A program made the position numbers and the translations under genes. The notes under the pieces are model-generated. The model was not told the origin of the DNA, did not search any database, and saw only the letters and a list, made by a program, of their open reading frames with translations. Positions 36,843-51,289 of a stretch of 64,000 bases of DNA are shown piece after piece. Position 1 is the first letter of the stretch. Each line of letters starts with the position of its first letter. Source of the DNA: Mobula hypostoma (lineage: Eukaryota); the NCBI RefSeq assembly GCF_963921235.1, contig NC_086109.1, positions 22,446,001 through 22,510,000 on the forward strand, given 5' to 3'.

Positions 36843-37880
36843 CTGTAAGGTAATGAGAGAAACAAATCTCAGAATTGTGCACCAGAGTAGTAGTTCATTT
36901 GTTCCCATCATGATATTGATGGCTCTTTGATAAAGGTAGCCAATTAAATTCACTTCTTGGATTTTCTCCAAAACCCAAAATTTTACTTACAAGTTATTAT
37001 CCAACCTTCTCGGAAAGTTACCATTGAATCTGCTTCCACCATTCCTTTGGGCTGTATATTCCAAATAATAACAATCTTCTTCTTATCTCTACCATCTCTT
37101 TATCTTATTCTTAATTTCTGTTCTCTGGTCACTGACTTCCCTACCAATGGAAACTGATTTTGCCATCTTCTCTATCTAAACCTTCATGATTTTGAAGATT
37201 TTTATTAAATTTACCTTTGGGAAGATAGATAGATTTTCCAATATCTTCTGATGACTGATCCCTCACCTCTTACTCAGTGCTAAGACTCTGCAATTCTTTT
37301 GAAGACCTTGATGCTCTTCCTAAAGTATGCAGCAAGTCATAAAAGGTATAGTTTAACTTCACAGAGTCAGGGATTTGAACAGTATGGAAGTGAGCCTTCA
37401 TCTTACCATTCCACCTTCCCCATCTACATTAATCCCATTTACCTGCATTCAGTCTATTTTCTTGTATGCCTTGCCTATAAAATGTCTAAGTCCCTGTTAA
37501 ACATCTGGTTCCACCACCTTCTCTGGCAGCTTCTTTTAGATATCTATTACTCTGTAAAACTGCAAGATCTTGACCTGCAGTGTCAACCATTCCTTGGCCT
37601 CCATAGATGTTGCTTGGCCCACTGATTTCATCCGGCAGTTTAACTTTTGCAGCAATATCTTGATGAATCTTCTCCGTACTCTCTCCAACACAATCACACA
37701 ATGTGGTGATTAGAATTACACAATACTTCTAGTGTGGTACAACCAGTGTTTCATAAGGTTGCAAAATAATCTGCCAGTTTCTATATTCTATCTCTATCTC
37801 TTTTGGTGAAATAAATCTGCTCTTTTGATCTTTCAAGTGATGGAAAAAAATTGTTTTGGGTAAAGTAAATGTGTACTTAC

Positions 37881-37919
37881 CCGTCCCATCTCAAACTCAC
37901 GACAGGCCATGACAACTAC
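37881..37919 (-). CDS. PTPN22: Exon 5 (39 nt): VVVMACREFEMGR
   Basis: ctgccAG acceptor, GTAAGT donor; IVM-type PTP motif. Confidence 0.95.
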
Positions 37920-38004
37920 CTGGCAGAATGAAGGAACACAAACATGTTAGGGAGATGGATTCTAAGGCTGAATTTCAACCATTCATGCAGCAACTTGTAA
38001 GTAT

Positions 38005-38540
38005 ATGAAGAAAGAATTTCTGCTTATTGTCGCCAAACAATTCATCCTAGAGTGTACAATCATCACAGCGATATTTGATTCTGTGCTTCGCGCTCCCTGG
38101 AGTACAAATCAATAGTAAATAGTAAAAATTTAAATTATAAATCATAAATAGAAAATAGAAAAGGGAAAGTAAGGTAGTGTAAAAAACTGAGAGGCAGGTC
38201 CGGATATTTGGAGGGTACGGCCCAGATCCGGGTCGGGATCCATTCAGCAGTCTTATCACAGTTGGAAAGAAGCTGTTCCCAAATCTGGCCATACGAGTGT
38301 TCAAGCTCCTGGGCCTTCTCCTGGAGGGAAGAGGGATGAAAAGTGTGTTGGCTGGGTGGGTCATGTCCTTGATTATCCTGGCAGCACTGCTCTGACAGCG
38401 TGTGGTGTAAAGTGAGTCCAAGGATGGAAGATTGGTTTGTGTGATGTGCTGGGCTGTGTTCACGATCTTCTGCAGCTTCTTCCGGTCGTGGACAGGACAA
38501 CTTCCGTACCAGGTTGTGATGCACCCTAGAAGAATGCTTC
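38005..38540 (-). mobile_element. Rex1/Babar-like LINE 3' fragment
   Basis: TAQHIT.T.LPSLDSLY..RC...A.RIIKD.THP...LF.PLPS.RR...RF.NSFFP..IRLLN. Confidence 0.85.
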
Positions 38541-40310
38541 ATAAAATACATCTTTCATAAAGTGTCATCCCAGTTTCAATGTGATGGTGCTGACAAATGG
38601 GAGAAACATTTTGAGGAGCAATACATTTGAGAAGGCTCCTGCTCCTGGGTACTCATGTGATAAGAGATGAGGTTTTGGAAAAGTGCTGTTACTAAACCTC
38701 CCTATTCAGGACAAGTCATAGAACTGATTCTAAAACCACACACCAGATAAAGCAGCAGCCATGAAAAGAGGAAAAGAATTAAAGTTTTAGGTCAAAGACC
38801 TTTCATCAGAAGAGGGTCTTTGGATGAAAACCCAAGATTTGATCGATCTAAGCATCAGGCCAATTTGGAGGGGTCAGGTGCGGTCTGAAATGTGGAGGTG
38901 GGCTACAGGCCGAGAGTGTATCAAAGCGATGGGGCCCAGGTCCTAGACTGAAGAGCAGCCTGAGGTTTGGTAGATATAAACACCAGGCCAGATGGATTGA
39001 AAAGGCAGGATGTTGGGACCAGAGGTGAGGGTTGGGCCAGTTCTTCTCGCTGTTCCATGATGTTTAATCAGCTCTGCACTGAACTGAGCCCAAGGCTGTG
39101 GCCTGCTCCGTCTGCTCTGCGCTTCATGTCAGTGGATTCACTTTCATTCTGAATGCCATTTGCTTACTTTTATTGTTTGCATGATTTGTTTTTTTTTCCT
39201 CTCTCCACATTGGGTGGGTGTTTGATGGTCTTTTTTCTTTAATGGGTTCTTTTGGGTTTCTTTGTGGCTACCTGTAAGAAGACAAATCTCAGGGCTGTAT
39301 AATGTATACATACTTTGTTAATAAATGTGCTTTGAACTTTGATATGCTGGCTCTCTTTCCACAAATGTGACCTTTCCTGCTTAGAGCATTGAGCTTTGGT
39401 ACATGAGAGGTTGATAACCCAGTATCCCTGTATCATTAAAGCAGAGTGAAGAGAGGGAGTATATGCATATCAAGTCAGAAGAGCCACTGTTGTGAAAAAG
39501 ATAAAAGGTTTGAAGAAAACTGATTGTGAAAGGTGGAATTAATTTGAATGGATGTTGGGGTTATTGAAATTGACAGTCAGGGAGTTGGAATCTGATGAAG
39601 ATTACTGAGAATGGGCGTCACATATGGAATTCAGTCATGGGCACAAGTCCTTTGTGGATTGTTGTCTGGTTTATGATTAGATCATGATGTCTAAAGTCCA
39701 ATTCAATTCACAGTTCTGAGATAACAGACAGTTTCTGCAGGCAGCATAATCTGATTAATTTTCAGGACTGACTGATAATTATCAAATAGCGTTCATACTG
39801 CACAAGTCCCAGGCAATGATCCACTAAAAGAGCGAGCTTGACTAAATCTTCTCTGATCAAATCCCCCTCCATCAATCTCTTGGAAACCTATGCAGTCACA
39901 AGGAGAACATACAAATTCCCTATAGACAGCAGTGGGAATCGACCCCAGATTGCTAATGTTGTAATATAGGCATTAATCACTACTTACCATGCTGTCCAAA
40001 TGCTTATATTATCTAAAATATAGATTTGGAGCATGATGGAACACTGTCCACTTCTCTGATTGTGTATAACTTCAGTAACACTCAGTAAGATCCCAGCCAT
40101 TCAGGACAAGCCAATCCTCTTGTTGGCACCCATCTTTGCCCAAAAAATTCACTCCCTCTGACAAGGGCATACCCTGGCTCCAGTCTGTATAACCCACTGC
40201 AATTAGTTGCCTGGGCCTCTCTGTCAGCACCTTCCAAGCCCATGATCTCTACCATCAAGAAGAACAAGAATAGCAGATAGATAGGAATGCCACCAGGTAG
40301 AGATTCTCTT

Positions 40311-41748
40311 GGACGATCCCTGCTGCACCTGACGACCCTGTGATCTCTGTCTCAGAGGCCAATGATAGACTGTCTTTAAAGGGGGTGAACCCTCGCAAGG
40401 CAGAAGGTCCCAATGGAGTACCTGGTAGGGCTTTGAAAACCTGTGCCAACAATCTGGCAGGAGTATTCAAGGACATTTTCAACCTCTCACTGCAAGGGGC
40501 GGAAATTCCCACTTGTTTCAAAAAGGCAACAATTATACCAGTGCCTGAAGAATAATGTGAGTTGCCTTAAGGACTATCGCCCAGTCGCACTCCCATCTAC
40601 AGTGATGAAATGCTTTGAGAGGTTGGTCATGACTAGAATGTACTCCTGCCCCAGCAAGAACCTGGACCCATTGCAATTTGCCTATCACCACAATAGGTCA
40701 AGGGTAGACACAATCTCAATGGCTCTTCACATGGCTTTTGACCAGCTGGACAACACAAACACCTATGTCAAGATGCTGTTCATCGACTATAGCTCAGCAT
40801 TTAATACCATCATTCCCACAATCCTGATTGAGAAGTTACAGAACCTGGGCCTCTGCAATTGGATCCTCAACTTCCTAACTGGAAGATCACTATTTGTACA
40901 GATTGGTGATAACATGTCCTCCTCGCTGACAATCAACACTGGTGCACCTTAGGGGTGTGTGCTTAGCCCACTGTTCTACTCTCTCTATACCCATAACTGT
41001 GTGGCTAGGCACAGCTCAAATACCATCTATAAATTTGCTGATGATACAACCATTGTTGGTAGAATCTCAGACGGAGACGAGAGGGTGTACAGGAGCGAGA
41101 TATGCCAACTAGTGGAGTGGTGCCACAGCAACAACCTGGCACTCAACGTCAGTAAGACAAAAGAGCTGATTGTGGTTCAGGTCTAAAAGCTTGTTTGTAT
41201 GTATCAAATCATTATACAATGCTTCAAGGTACAAAAAGGTTAAACAAGGTGGAGAGCATTTTACTGGCTGCATCATTTTCTGGTATGGGTGGGGGGGGGG
41301 GCTACTGCAGAGGGTTGTAAATTTAGTTGACTCCATCTTGGGTACTAGCCTACAAAGTACCCAGGACATCTTCAAGTAGTGGTGTCTCAGAAAGGCAACG
41401 TCCATTATTAAGGACCTTCATCACCCAGGGCATGCCTTTTTCTTACTGTTACTATCAGGAAGGAGGTACAGAAGCCTGAAGGCACACACTCAGCGATTCA
41501 GGAACAGCTTCTTCCCCTCTGCCGTCCGATTCTTAAATGGACATCGAATCCTTGAACACTACCTCACTTTTTAAATATACAGTATATTATTTCTGTTTTT
41601 TGCATGATTTTTAATCTATTCGATATACATATACTGATTTACTTATTTATTATTTTTTGTCTATATTATGTATTGCATTGAACTGCTGCTGCTAAGTTAA
41701 CAAATTTCACGACACATGCTGGTGATATTAAACCTGACTCTGATTCCG
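40311..41748 (+). mobile_element. 5'-truncated Rex1/Babar-like LINE (RT + 3' end)
   Basis: [50 protein letters not shown]; aaacctgactctgattc tail. Confidence 0.9.
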
Positions 41749-42714
41749 AAGTCTCACCATTATAACTTGGAAATGTGCCATTGCTCCCTCATTATCGTTG
41801 GGTCAGGTGAGACTTGAACACCTCGGTATCATTGTGCAATTCTTTTGATTACTATAATGGTGTCATAATCACAATACAATCATGAGTTGGTAAACGATTA
41901 AATACTAAGATGCATTTAGATCTTTAGTCAGATATCAAAGGCAGTAACTAAAATATGGAAATTGCAGGCATTTAAGATTCAGTGAGTTTTAGCCGCTACC
42001 TGATAATTGTAAGGTAAACAGACATTTATGAGTAAAGATCGTTTGATAGGCCCAGACCCCAAACTTACTGTTTTTTTGGTCCTTTTAACAAATGTGACTA
42101 TTTATAAACCATGTACGACATCATCTTAAAGGCAATGCTGCTCATGTAAATAAACAGCAAATTGTGTTAGAAACTCTGCCAGATAAGACTGACCTTTAAT
42201 TGCTTGCTGAATTTCATGCAACAGCACAGTTTCTTGCATTGATTTTTTTTTGGAACTGATGTTGCCATTTCATCAGCACAATGACTTCCAGATTTACACT
42301 CAGGATAATTTCTTAACCATCTTGATGAGGATCACCACCAGATAAAACAAGTATTCCAAGAGTTTTAGAAGCATGGGACAGAAGTAAGACGAAGCAGCAT
42401 AACTCTCAATTTACCATTCCAATTCACAGCCTTCATTCACAATATAGGGTATATGAACAGAATTTGGAAGGGCATTCCAGCCTACACCAGCTTTTGTATG
42501 TGTAATCCTATCAGTCCCACTCCTCACCTTCTTGATCCATAGCCCTGTGACTATATTACTTTCAAGTATTTATCCAATTCCTTTTGGAAAGTCACAATTG
42601 AATCTACTTTCAGAGAGTATATTCCAGAAGTTAACTACCCATGCCTTTGGGAGTTCTTTTGCCAATCACCTTAAACCTATGTCCACTAGTGCTTGATCCT
42701 TTTGCGAATGAGAA

Positions 42715-42980
42715 CATGGTAATGTAGTGGTCAGCACAACAATTTACAGTACCAGCGACCTGGGTTCAATTCCCGCTGCTGTCTGTAAGGAGTTTGTACA
42801 TTCTCCTCGTGACTGCACGGGCTTCCTCCCACTGTCCCAAAGACGTATTAGTTGGTAGATTAATTGGTCATTGTAAATTGTCACACGATTAGGTTAGGGT
42901 TACATTAGGGGTAGCTGGGCGGCAAGGCTCGAAGTGTCAGCAGGGCCTACTCGGCGCCGTACCCCAATAACTAAATAACT
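42715..42980 (+). mobile_element. tRNA-derived SINE
   Basis: gtagtggtcagc A box, gggttcaattccc B box, shared core. Confidence 0.8.
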
Positions 42981-43221
42981 GTTAATATTTGTATATTTGG
43001 CCAAGACCCTTCATGATTTTTGCAGCCTTTTGTATCTCATAGTTTTCTCTGTTTGAAGGAAAATAACCCATTCTTCGCTTGTCTCTCCTTGCCACTGAAC
43101 TCTCTTACATCCTTGCAAATGTGCTGTCCAGAATCAGGCATGATACACATATGGAGGTGAACAAGTGACTTATATTGATCCAACTTAACTTACTTACTTT
43201 TGCAGTCCGTGATTCAGGGTT

Positions 43222-43566
43222 AGACTACAAGACCATAAGACATAGGAGCAGAATTAGGCCATTTGGCCCATCGAGTCTGCTCTGCCATTCCATCATGGCT
43301 GATCCTTTTTCTCCCCGCCCCTCCCCAGCCCCACTCCCTGGCCTTCTCCCTGTAACCTTTGATGTCATGTCCAGTCAAGAACCTATCAAGCTCTTCCTTA
43401 AATACACCCAATGACTTGGCCTCGACAGCAGCCTGTGGTAATAAATTCCACAAATTCACCACCCTCTGGCGAAAAAAAAGTCTCCAGGATCTCTGTTTTA
43501 TATGGACACCCCTCTATCCTGAGGCTGTGCCCTCCCCCACCATGGGAAACATCCTTTCCACATCTG
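43222..43566 (-). mobile_element. CR1-type LINE 3' end
   Basis: VNLWNLLPQAAVEAKSLGVFK.ELDRFL plus 3' UTR similar to 5845-6200. Confidence 0.85.
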
Positions 43567-44518
43567 CCAGCTTCAACTGTTTTCTCTCTCTCCTTTCATT
43601 GAGCTATTTTGGGAACAACAAATATTTGAAAATGATCATGTGGACAGCAGATAAAAATCTGATATTGTCCATTTTGCATAGAGTCCTGAGTTCGTCAGTC
43701 CAGGAATCTTAAAAAAAAGGTCTACTGAAATTTCAAAACCTGTCCTGCAGAAGTGCAGTGATGTCAGGCAATGAAGCTAATGTCAGAATCACACTGAATA
43801 GAAAGCTGTCATTCAGTCTATCACATCAGTTCATTGAAAGTGCCATGAGATTAATTCTGCTCTTGTTCTTTTTCCTTATATTCCCACAGAACACTTCATT
43901 TGAGCTGCTGAAGCCCCAATACTCCAGGGAATGCGAGTTTAAAATTACATTGCGGCAATTCGGGAATGTGGATTCTTTAAAAAAAAATCTGGAGCTGAAA
44001 ATCTGCCAATTTTCAATGACCATAATGTTGAACTGTTATGAAACCAAAGATGGCTTTCTAATATCCTTTAGGGAAGGAAATCAGCCATTTTGACCCAACC
44101 TGGCCTACATCTGGTTCTCATCCCAAGCTCATTACCATCCATTAACATGGCTCTTCCAACCAGTCAGTGGTATGGTATTTAATTAAAAGTAAGGGACTTT
44201 TTGGAAAAATAGTAAAGATTAAAAATAAATAATATGTAAAACAATTATGGATCATATTCAAAATCTGCTACACTACTAACCTATGGCAGTACTTATAAAA
44301 AGACAATGATCTGAAATAGTAATACTGTAGCTCCCTCCACATGCTGCCTGACCTGCTGACCATTTTCAGTATTTGGGGTTTATTGTGGATTTCCTGCACC
44401 TGCAATATTTTGCTTCCATTGAGAATTATTCAGTAAGGATATTTTACTTGACTGAAATAGTCCCAAGTGGTGCACATGTTAAAATTTGGTTTGAAGAAAT
44501 ATATTAAAAAAAACTTAC

Positions 44519-44614
44519 TACAACATTGTACTCCCATAGCATTCTCCAGAAGTCTATCACTGTGTGCGGCAAAGGGCCCTGTGTTGCTATATAGGCTTGT
44601 GGTCCATATACACC
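44519..44614 (-). CDS. PTPN22: Exon 4 (96 nt): [32 protein letters not shown]
   Basis: tttccaAG acceptor, GTAAGT donor; YIATQGP and DFWRM.WE motifs. Confidence 0.95.
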
Positions 44615-46417
44615 CTTGGAAAGAAAGTAATTTATAAGTGTCAGCTTTGGTAAATTGACTATTGCAAAATATGCATTACTCAATGAATATCAAGTCACAT
44701 AATTTTTTTTTAAATGGAAAGCAATGTTTTGTTAGAGTTGAATTTTGAGAAAGAACAACTCTTAACAAGTGTTATATTTTGAAAGGGTATGCTGGCTTGG
44801 TTTAGTATTTAACAGTCTTACTTCTGAATCAAGTGATTGTAAATTTTAGTTTCCTTCTTCAATTGTGTCCAATGATAACGAACTTTCTCAGTGCAACTCT
44901 GAGCAAGTTCTTTGTCATTAGACACAATTGCACTTTCTTTGATATTTTAAAACAGGGGCTCATTCAATGCTACACATTTTCAAATATTGTCCATTGCCAG
45001 TGACTATTTTGTCAACAATTTTGTCCAGTTTCCCCTCATTAACTCTATCTTGTTCTCTCTCAGATGGCGTTTTCCCAGTCTAATAATTTGGTTATGATAC
45101 TATCCAATTCCATCATTATTTTAAAGGATATTTGCATTCAGATCACTATTTCCCCAACATTTTGCCCTGCTCCCTTCACACAACTTCTAAAATTAATTTC
45201 CTATGACCAGGTATAGCAATGCTATCATATTAGAAAGTTTCTTATGTTTAATATAATTGGAAAAAAGTCAGTCTGTTCCCTCTTTATCACATCTCTTTGC
45301 CAGTTTATTTCATTTAGTTGAGATCTTCCACAATTATAATGTGATTTTTATCCGTTTTATTTTGCCTTGCATTTAACTGTTATCTCTTCCTACTAATTTG
45401 GCAATGTTATTTCATTTCATTTATATCACTTTTTATCCTTCATCTCAACTTATGTAGGCTCTCCCTCCAGCATTCTATCCATTCTTTCCTCAACCCTATA
45501 TTCTTTCTAACTTATATTTCCCTACAGCCTGACCAATTCATCCACCTCTACTGTTTCCATATACATTATTGCTTGCAATAGTTATCTGCCCTGCACTGTC
45601 AACACTTCTTCACTTCCGGTTATTTCTTTTCTAAGGTATGTTGCCTTGCTGATCATACTGTATAAAGAAGAGGCCTTTCAGCCCATCATAACTATGGAGC
45701 CATTCAAGTAACCTCATTCTCTTGTTTTTTTCCCTATAGCCCAATAATTATTTCCCTTTCAACTATTTATCCAATTCTTAAGATGGGTGAAAGAAAAAGG
45801 AATAGACAGTCGGAATCGTTTCTCCCCCCCCCCCCCACCACCACGAGGGTAGAAACGTCAATTACTAGAGGGTGTGTATTTAAGTTGAGAGGGGAAAGGT
45901 TTAAAGGAGATGCGTAGGGCAAGTTTTTTTAAAAAACACAGACAGTGGTAGGTGTCTGGAATGACTGCCAGGGGTGATGGTGGAAGCAGATATGATAGTG
46001 GCACTTAAGAGGCTTTTAGATATGCAGGACATGGAGGGATATGAATCATGGGCAAACAGAAGAGACTTTGTTTAATTTGTTTGGTACTGACATGATGGGC
46101 AGAGGGGCCATGTACTGTATTATTTCAGGTTCTTTTTTTTAAAAAGAGTCAATCTGCTTCCATCACTATTTCAGGCGAAGTATTCTAGATCACAACATAA
46201 TGTCTAAAATATACATCTTCATACAGATGGTACAGAGGTTTAATGAGCAACACATTGGCATAGCAGTGTGTGAAATTGCCTCGTGCTTCAGGGGAAAGGA
46301 TTTGCTCTTTGAGCACCGTCTGCTCATTCTCTTCAGTTCCCTGTGGTTTTAACTGAATATTCTGGTTTTCTCCCACATCTCAAAAAAAAAGAGACTCAAA
46401 AAATAGTGTTGAGGGAC

Positions 46418-46575
46418 ATAAACAAGAGAAAGTCTGCAGTGCTGGGAATCCAAGCAACAGACACAAAATGCTGGAGGAACTCAGCAGGGCCAGGTAGCAT
46501 CTACTGAAAGGGCTAAAGAGTCGTCGCTTTGGGCTGAGACCCCTCATCAGGTTCCACCAGCATTTTGTGTGTGTT
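46418..46575 (-). mobile_element. Penelope-derived pseudo-LTR fragment with short inverted end and decayed hammerhead
   Basis: Reverse complement contains CTGATGA-GGGGTCTCAGCCC-AAAG-CGAC; acacaaaatgctgg / ccagcattttgtgt inverted repeat. Confidence 0.75.
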
Positions 46576-46978
46576 AATGGACATGTCTGAGGGAGAGGGA
46601 AATGGAATTCCCCTGGCAGCAAGCATGAAGGGCTGAATGGCCTTTTCTGAGTTGCCATAAGGTACAAGATACTACCAATAGTTCATCCAGCAATCACTTT
46701 AATAATGTGATATCTAATTACCCATCTCTCCGCAGTTGAAAACAATTCTTCCTGATCTATTCCATTAAAAAATTGTGCAAAGTTCTCGAACACCTTCCAT
46801 GGTTTCCCTGATTAAAAGTGTCCCTACCTATTTCCAGGAGCTCTGCTGCCTTCACCAGTCATTGAGAACACATTTCCCTTCCCACTGTGTAAGTGCTGTG
46901 GTTTGATCCAAAATTATTTCAAGTGAAATGCATTGGCCAATTTTTTTTTGGCAAAGTTTCCATTTAAAAAGTGCATAC

Positions 46979-47055
46979 CTTGATGAAACTTGCATTGATG
47001 TAATCAGAATCATTGTCGGAAATGATCAGTGACAGCTGCACTCGGCTGTGATCAA
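46979..47055 (-). CDS. PTPN22: Exon 3 (77 nt): (F)DHSRVQLSLIISDNDSDYINASFIK
   Basis: ttttcAG acceptor, GTATGC donor; DxxRVxL and DYINA motifs; phase matches exon 2. Confidence 0.95.
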
Positions 47056-47337
47056 CTGAAAACAGGATGCAAATATTAAAACACACACGCACACACAACA
47101 TGTATTTTCCATTTCCTCATTCTGCCCATTTAGGTAAAAGGAACTGATCTGTTCAACTTAGTGGACACTTTAGTTTCAATTGAATGAGCAAGTTCAGAAA
47201 TTAAAAATGAAAACTGGTGAATATATGATCCGGGTCACTCAAAATAGATTAGTCAACAACAGAAGGTCATTTAAGTGCATAGGGCCACTTTTATTTTAAA
47301 AACAAGCTCAGGAACTGGATGCCAGAGTAGATGGTTG

Positions 47338-47600
47338 ATGGGCGGCCTGGTAGCATAGAGCTTAGCGTAAAGCTTTGCACGCCGGTGACCGGGGTACAGT
47401 TCCCGCTGCCGTCTGTAAGGAGTTTGTATGTTCTCCCTGTGGCCACATGGGTTTCCTCTGGATGCTTTGATTTCCTCCCATGTCCCAAAAACTTACGGGC
47501 TAGTAGCTAATTGATCACTGGGTATAATTGGAGGGCGCAGGCTCATGGGGCCAGAAGGGCATGTCATCATATTTCTAAATAAATAAATAAATAACAATAA
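47338..47600 (+). mobile_element. tRNA-derived SINE
   Basis: Shared core; (AAAT)n tail. Confidence 0.8.
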
Positions 47601-47983
47601 ATAGATAACAAGCAATAATTTTGTATCTGAAGCCTGGCGTGTAGGTTAGGATCGGATCAGGTCCCTTTAGAACTGCTACCTACTCCCATGACTTTTTGTA
47701 TCACTGACGTCCATCCAAAGGACAAAGAATTAAAAAGCATTAAAAGTGAAGGCTCTTTTAATTCACCTTCTGCCACCCTGGAATTTACATTCTACAATAA
47801 CTGAGTTATTGATTAATGGCATCAAATCAATCTCAATCGATTAATATACAACAGAGCCAGGTAAAAGGTGAGGAGACACCAGTGGTTGAGACCCTTGAGC
47901 TTCAAAGTTCTCCGCTCCTCTCAAGTGTGTTAAAGGTAATATCCTGTGGACTGAATGGAGCTGTTAGGCAAAAGCAGTTATCT

Positions 47984-49147
47984 TTAGGCATAGAGACGTT
48001 GTGGGGCAAGTTCAGCAGGACAGGGGTGGCTATAATCTGGCAGCAAGTGGACACAATTTCACAGCACAGGTAGATGGTTGTTGAGGAACTGCAGTGATAA
48101 GAAAGAGTCAAATAGAAGTACAAAGGGTGTCTCCCTGGCCAAGGAGGAGCAATGGATGTGGTGACAAAGCACTGAGGAGGAAAATCAACTGAAAGGACAA
48201 ATGGGAGATGGAAGCAAACAGACCTGGCTTTCTCATCAGAGCTACAGCGGTTCGACAAGGACCCAACATGTTCCCTGTGCCTGATTCCAGCAACCCTCCT
48301 GGCATATCCTGGCAAGCTGCAAAACCAGCCTCACAAAAGGCAGATGCACATGGCACCAGGTCTTGAAGAGTCTGGCAGCAGCAATCGAGACCAAGAGGAT
48401 AACAACCACCTCCTTGCCCCCTAAAACAACTAACGTGCTGGCACTGGCAGCATTTGTCCAGGAGGGAGTGAAAAGACCAATTAATCTTCCTCCTAAGCCA
48501 GAAACAGGACAGATGAACATGACCCGTGAGTGGAAAATGCCGGCGGATGTCAATAAACAACTCTCTACAACCAACCTTAGGGCAGACTTGGTTCTCTGGT
48601 CCAATTCATTACAGATCACCTACATTGTAGAACTTACAGTCACATGTGAGGATTCAGTGGCTGAAGCATATGAGTGCAAGAGGCTACGCTCTGCAGATCT
48701 AGCAGCTGAAGCTCAGTGATGGGGCTGGAAAACCAAAGTTTGTCCTGCAGAAGTGGGTTGTAGGGGATTTATAGCCACATCCGCCATCAAATTGCTGAAG
48801 GAACTAGGGGTCAGACTCTATGGCAAACCATCAGAGCCACATCAGAGGCAGTGGAAAGAAGCAGTCATTGGCTTTGGATCAAGCATAAAGACCTCCCCTG
48901 AGCTCCAAGATAGCATCAAGAGAATGGGAGGACACAACGGGGGTTGAGTCTGGGAGGCCTAAAGTCATCGTCAAGCCCTCCAGAGATGTAGTGGGCTAAT
49001 CGATGAAACATCGAGGAAGGAGGGTACCCACATGAAAATCCCCGTGTGTCAACCTTGTGCCACTCCCAGCATCAAAGCAGACTCGAGCAAGTGCTCATGA
49101 CCCATTGGCATGAGGGATATTAACATCTTATTCTGTGTTTTTGATTT
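47984..49147 (+). mobile_element. 5'-truncated Hero-like non-LTR retrotransposon (restriction-like endonuclease)
   Basis: CKTSLT.GR.TW..QVLKSLA, LRADLVLWS...YIVELTV.CED...EAYE.K.LR..DL..EA, GW.T.V.P.EVGCRGF: zinc-knuckle plus PD-(D/E)xK endonuclease C-terminus. Confidence 0.8.
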
Positions 49148-50229
49148 TGTGGACTGAATGGAGCAGTTCGGCAATAACAGTTATCTGATCTGTATTTGGT
49201 TTCTTTAAGGGACAGGAGACCATGTTGAATGCAGTGGATCTTCTAGTTTAGTGTGCTGCAGATTTTCCCTTTGTTTTCTCCATCCTTCTATGCAACAGTT
49301 TGGGTTCTAACTATTCCAAGTTACGGCGCAAATGAAGACATAACTGCTTCTCTCTCCATAGGTATTATCTGATCTTCTGAATATTTCCAATTATTTTTTG
49401 TTTGCAACAGTCTTTTACAGTCATCTTTATCTAAACCCTTTACAATCCTTAAAACTTCAATGATATCATTATTTTTCATCGACAATTTACAGAATCTCCT
49501 CTCAAAATCCAATTCTCCTTTATGTGGTCACTCTCTTCAGTAATCATTAATATCTTTTCTGTAATGCAGCAACCAGGATTGTACATTCTTAGTACATATT
49601 CATAAATACTTTCTAAAATGTACATGTGAACGATGTGAACTCTAAGATCTAGAACTACATTCAGGTAAGTGTTATCAGGTCAGGTGATTTAGCCATATGA
49701 TGGAACTCAGGTGGAAGCCAATTTCTCTTGGAAACTTAATCAAGATAAAGTTGTCACAGGAATGAACAATAGAAACTATTGTGACAGAGAAGCAACAAAA
49801 AAAAACACACCTAGCAGGTTCAGATTAAACTCTGATAAACTCCTACAGATGTTTTTTTTTGTACACATCCATATTCAAATCTAGGATTATAACGAAAAGA
49901 ATACAGTTTCTCTGTAGAGTTCAAACAACATTTCAAGAACTGTTTCTGCTCTGAGCTCACTCTAAAAGTGAAATGCTTCAATTACCACACAGCTTTGCAG
50001 ATGGAAGCCGAAGACCCAGGAGAGTCACAGAGCCACCAAATTTATAATGTTCTGATACCAGCTTTTCATCTTTATTGATTTATTCACTCATTGCTATTTC
50101 AGTCTGATATAAAAATATAATTCTATGCATTTCCTGGACTATCTTTCAGGAATAAGGTTTCCAGAAATGTTCTAACTTTTGCACGGGTTTTCCAGGGGTC
50201 CGCCTGCAGTGCGTAACGTAGTACTTAGG

Positions 50230-50842
50230 GGTTCATTAGGATATCACTGAGTGTATGTTCCTGGACTTCTGCTGCTACAGCCAATGCATCAAACTTCACG
50301 GTTTGATGCATTGTGCGTTCAGAATGCTCTTCTGCACACCACTGTTGTGACACACGGTTATTTGAGTCGCCTTCCTGTCAGCTTGATGCAGTCTGGCCAT
50401 TCTCCTCTGGCTTCTCTCCTTAAAATGGCATCTTCACCCACAGAACTGCCACACTGGATGTTTTTTTTTGCTCCATTTTCTGTAAGCACTTGAGCACAGG
50501 TTCTCATCCTGGGGTTCACAGACTCCTTGGTTAATTGTAGGGGTCCATGGCATAAAAAAGGTTGAGAGTCCCTGCTCTAGAGACTGTTGTGCATGAAAAT
50601 CCCAGGAGTTCAGCTTTGGAGATACTCAAACCAACCATCTAGCATCAACAAACATTGCATGGTCAAAGTCACTTAGATCATATCTCTTCCCCATTTTGAT
50701 GCTTGGTACAGCAACTGAACTTCTTGCCCATGTCTGCATGCTTTAATTCATTGAGTGGCTGCCATGTGATTGGCTGGCTGATTAGATATTTGCATTAACA
50801 AGCAGGTATGTAGGTGTACCTAATAAAAGGGGCCACTGTGTA
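50230..50842 (-). mobile_element. Internally deleted Tc1 transposon (same family as 17747-18305) with nested small hAT MITE at about 50495-50574
   Basis: Reverse-complement similarity to 17747-18305; nested element flanked by CACTTGAG / CTCTAGAG. Confidence 0.8.
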
Positions 50843-51289
50843 TTTACAGGAGGTTCCAGATGGTACATTTATCTATAAGATGTCATTAGAAGTTGGTCAG
50901 CACAGTTCCTGCCCATTTATGAATGGCTGTCATGGATAGATTGTGCAGATGAACAAGCATTTGGGAGACAGGTGGGATGGATTTTCTGGCTGCTGTACGG
51001 CTGCAGGCATCTTCTGTCACATGCAAAAACTGCTCATGACTGCATTTCTGAATTGTGAACTGTTCAGGTGATGAACAGTCCATATGCATAGAACCCAACT
51101 GTAACCTGGAGATGACCTGTACTTATATTCCATTTACAATCAGGAACATGGGCATGGGGGAGAGATCCTAGAATTTTGTGAAAATCTATAATGATTTATA
51201 ATTTGCAAGTCATCCACAAATAATATGCTGTGTTTGAACTCGACTCCTAATGGGTCAGTTGAAAAATCAACAAATCAGGTGATTTACCT

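Noticed and set aside
44787..45030. Possible Deu-domain SINE relic (also about 42130-42270)
   Set aside because: Similarity is too decayed to support by eye; needs an HMM search.
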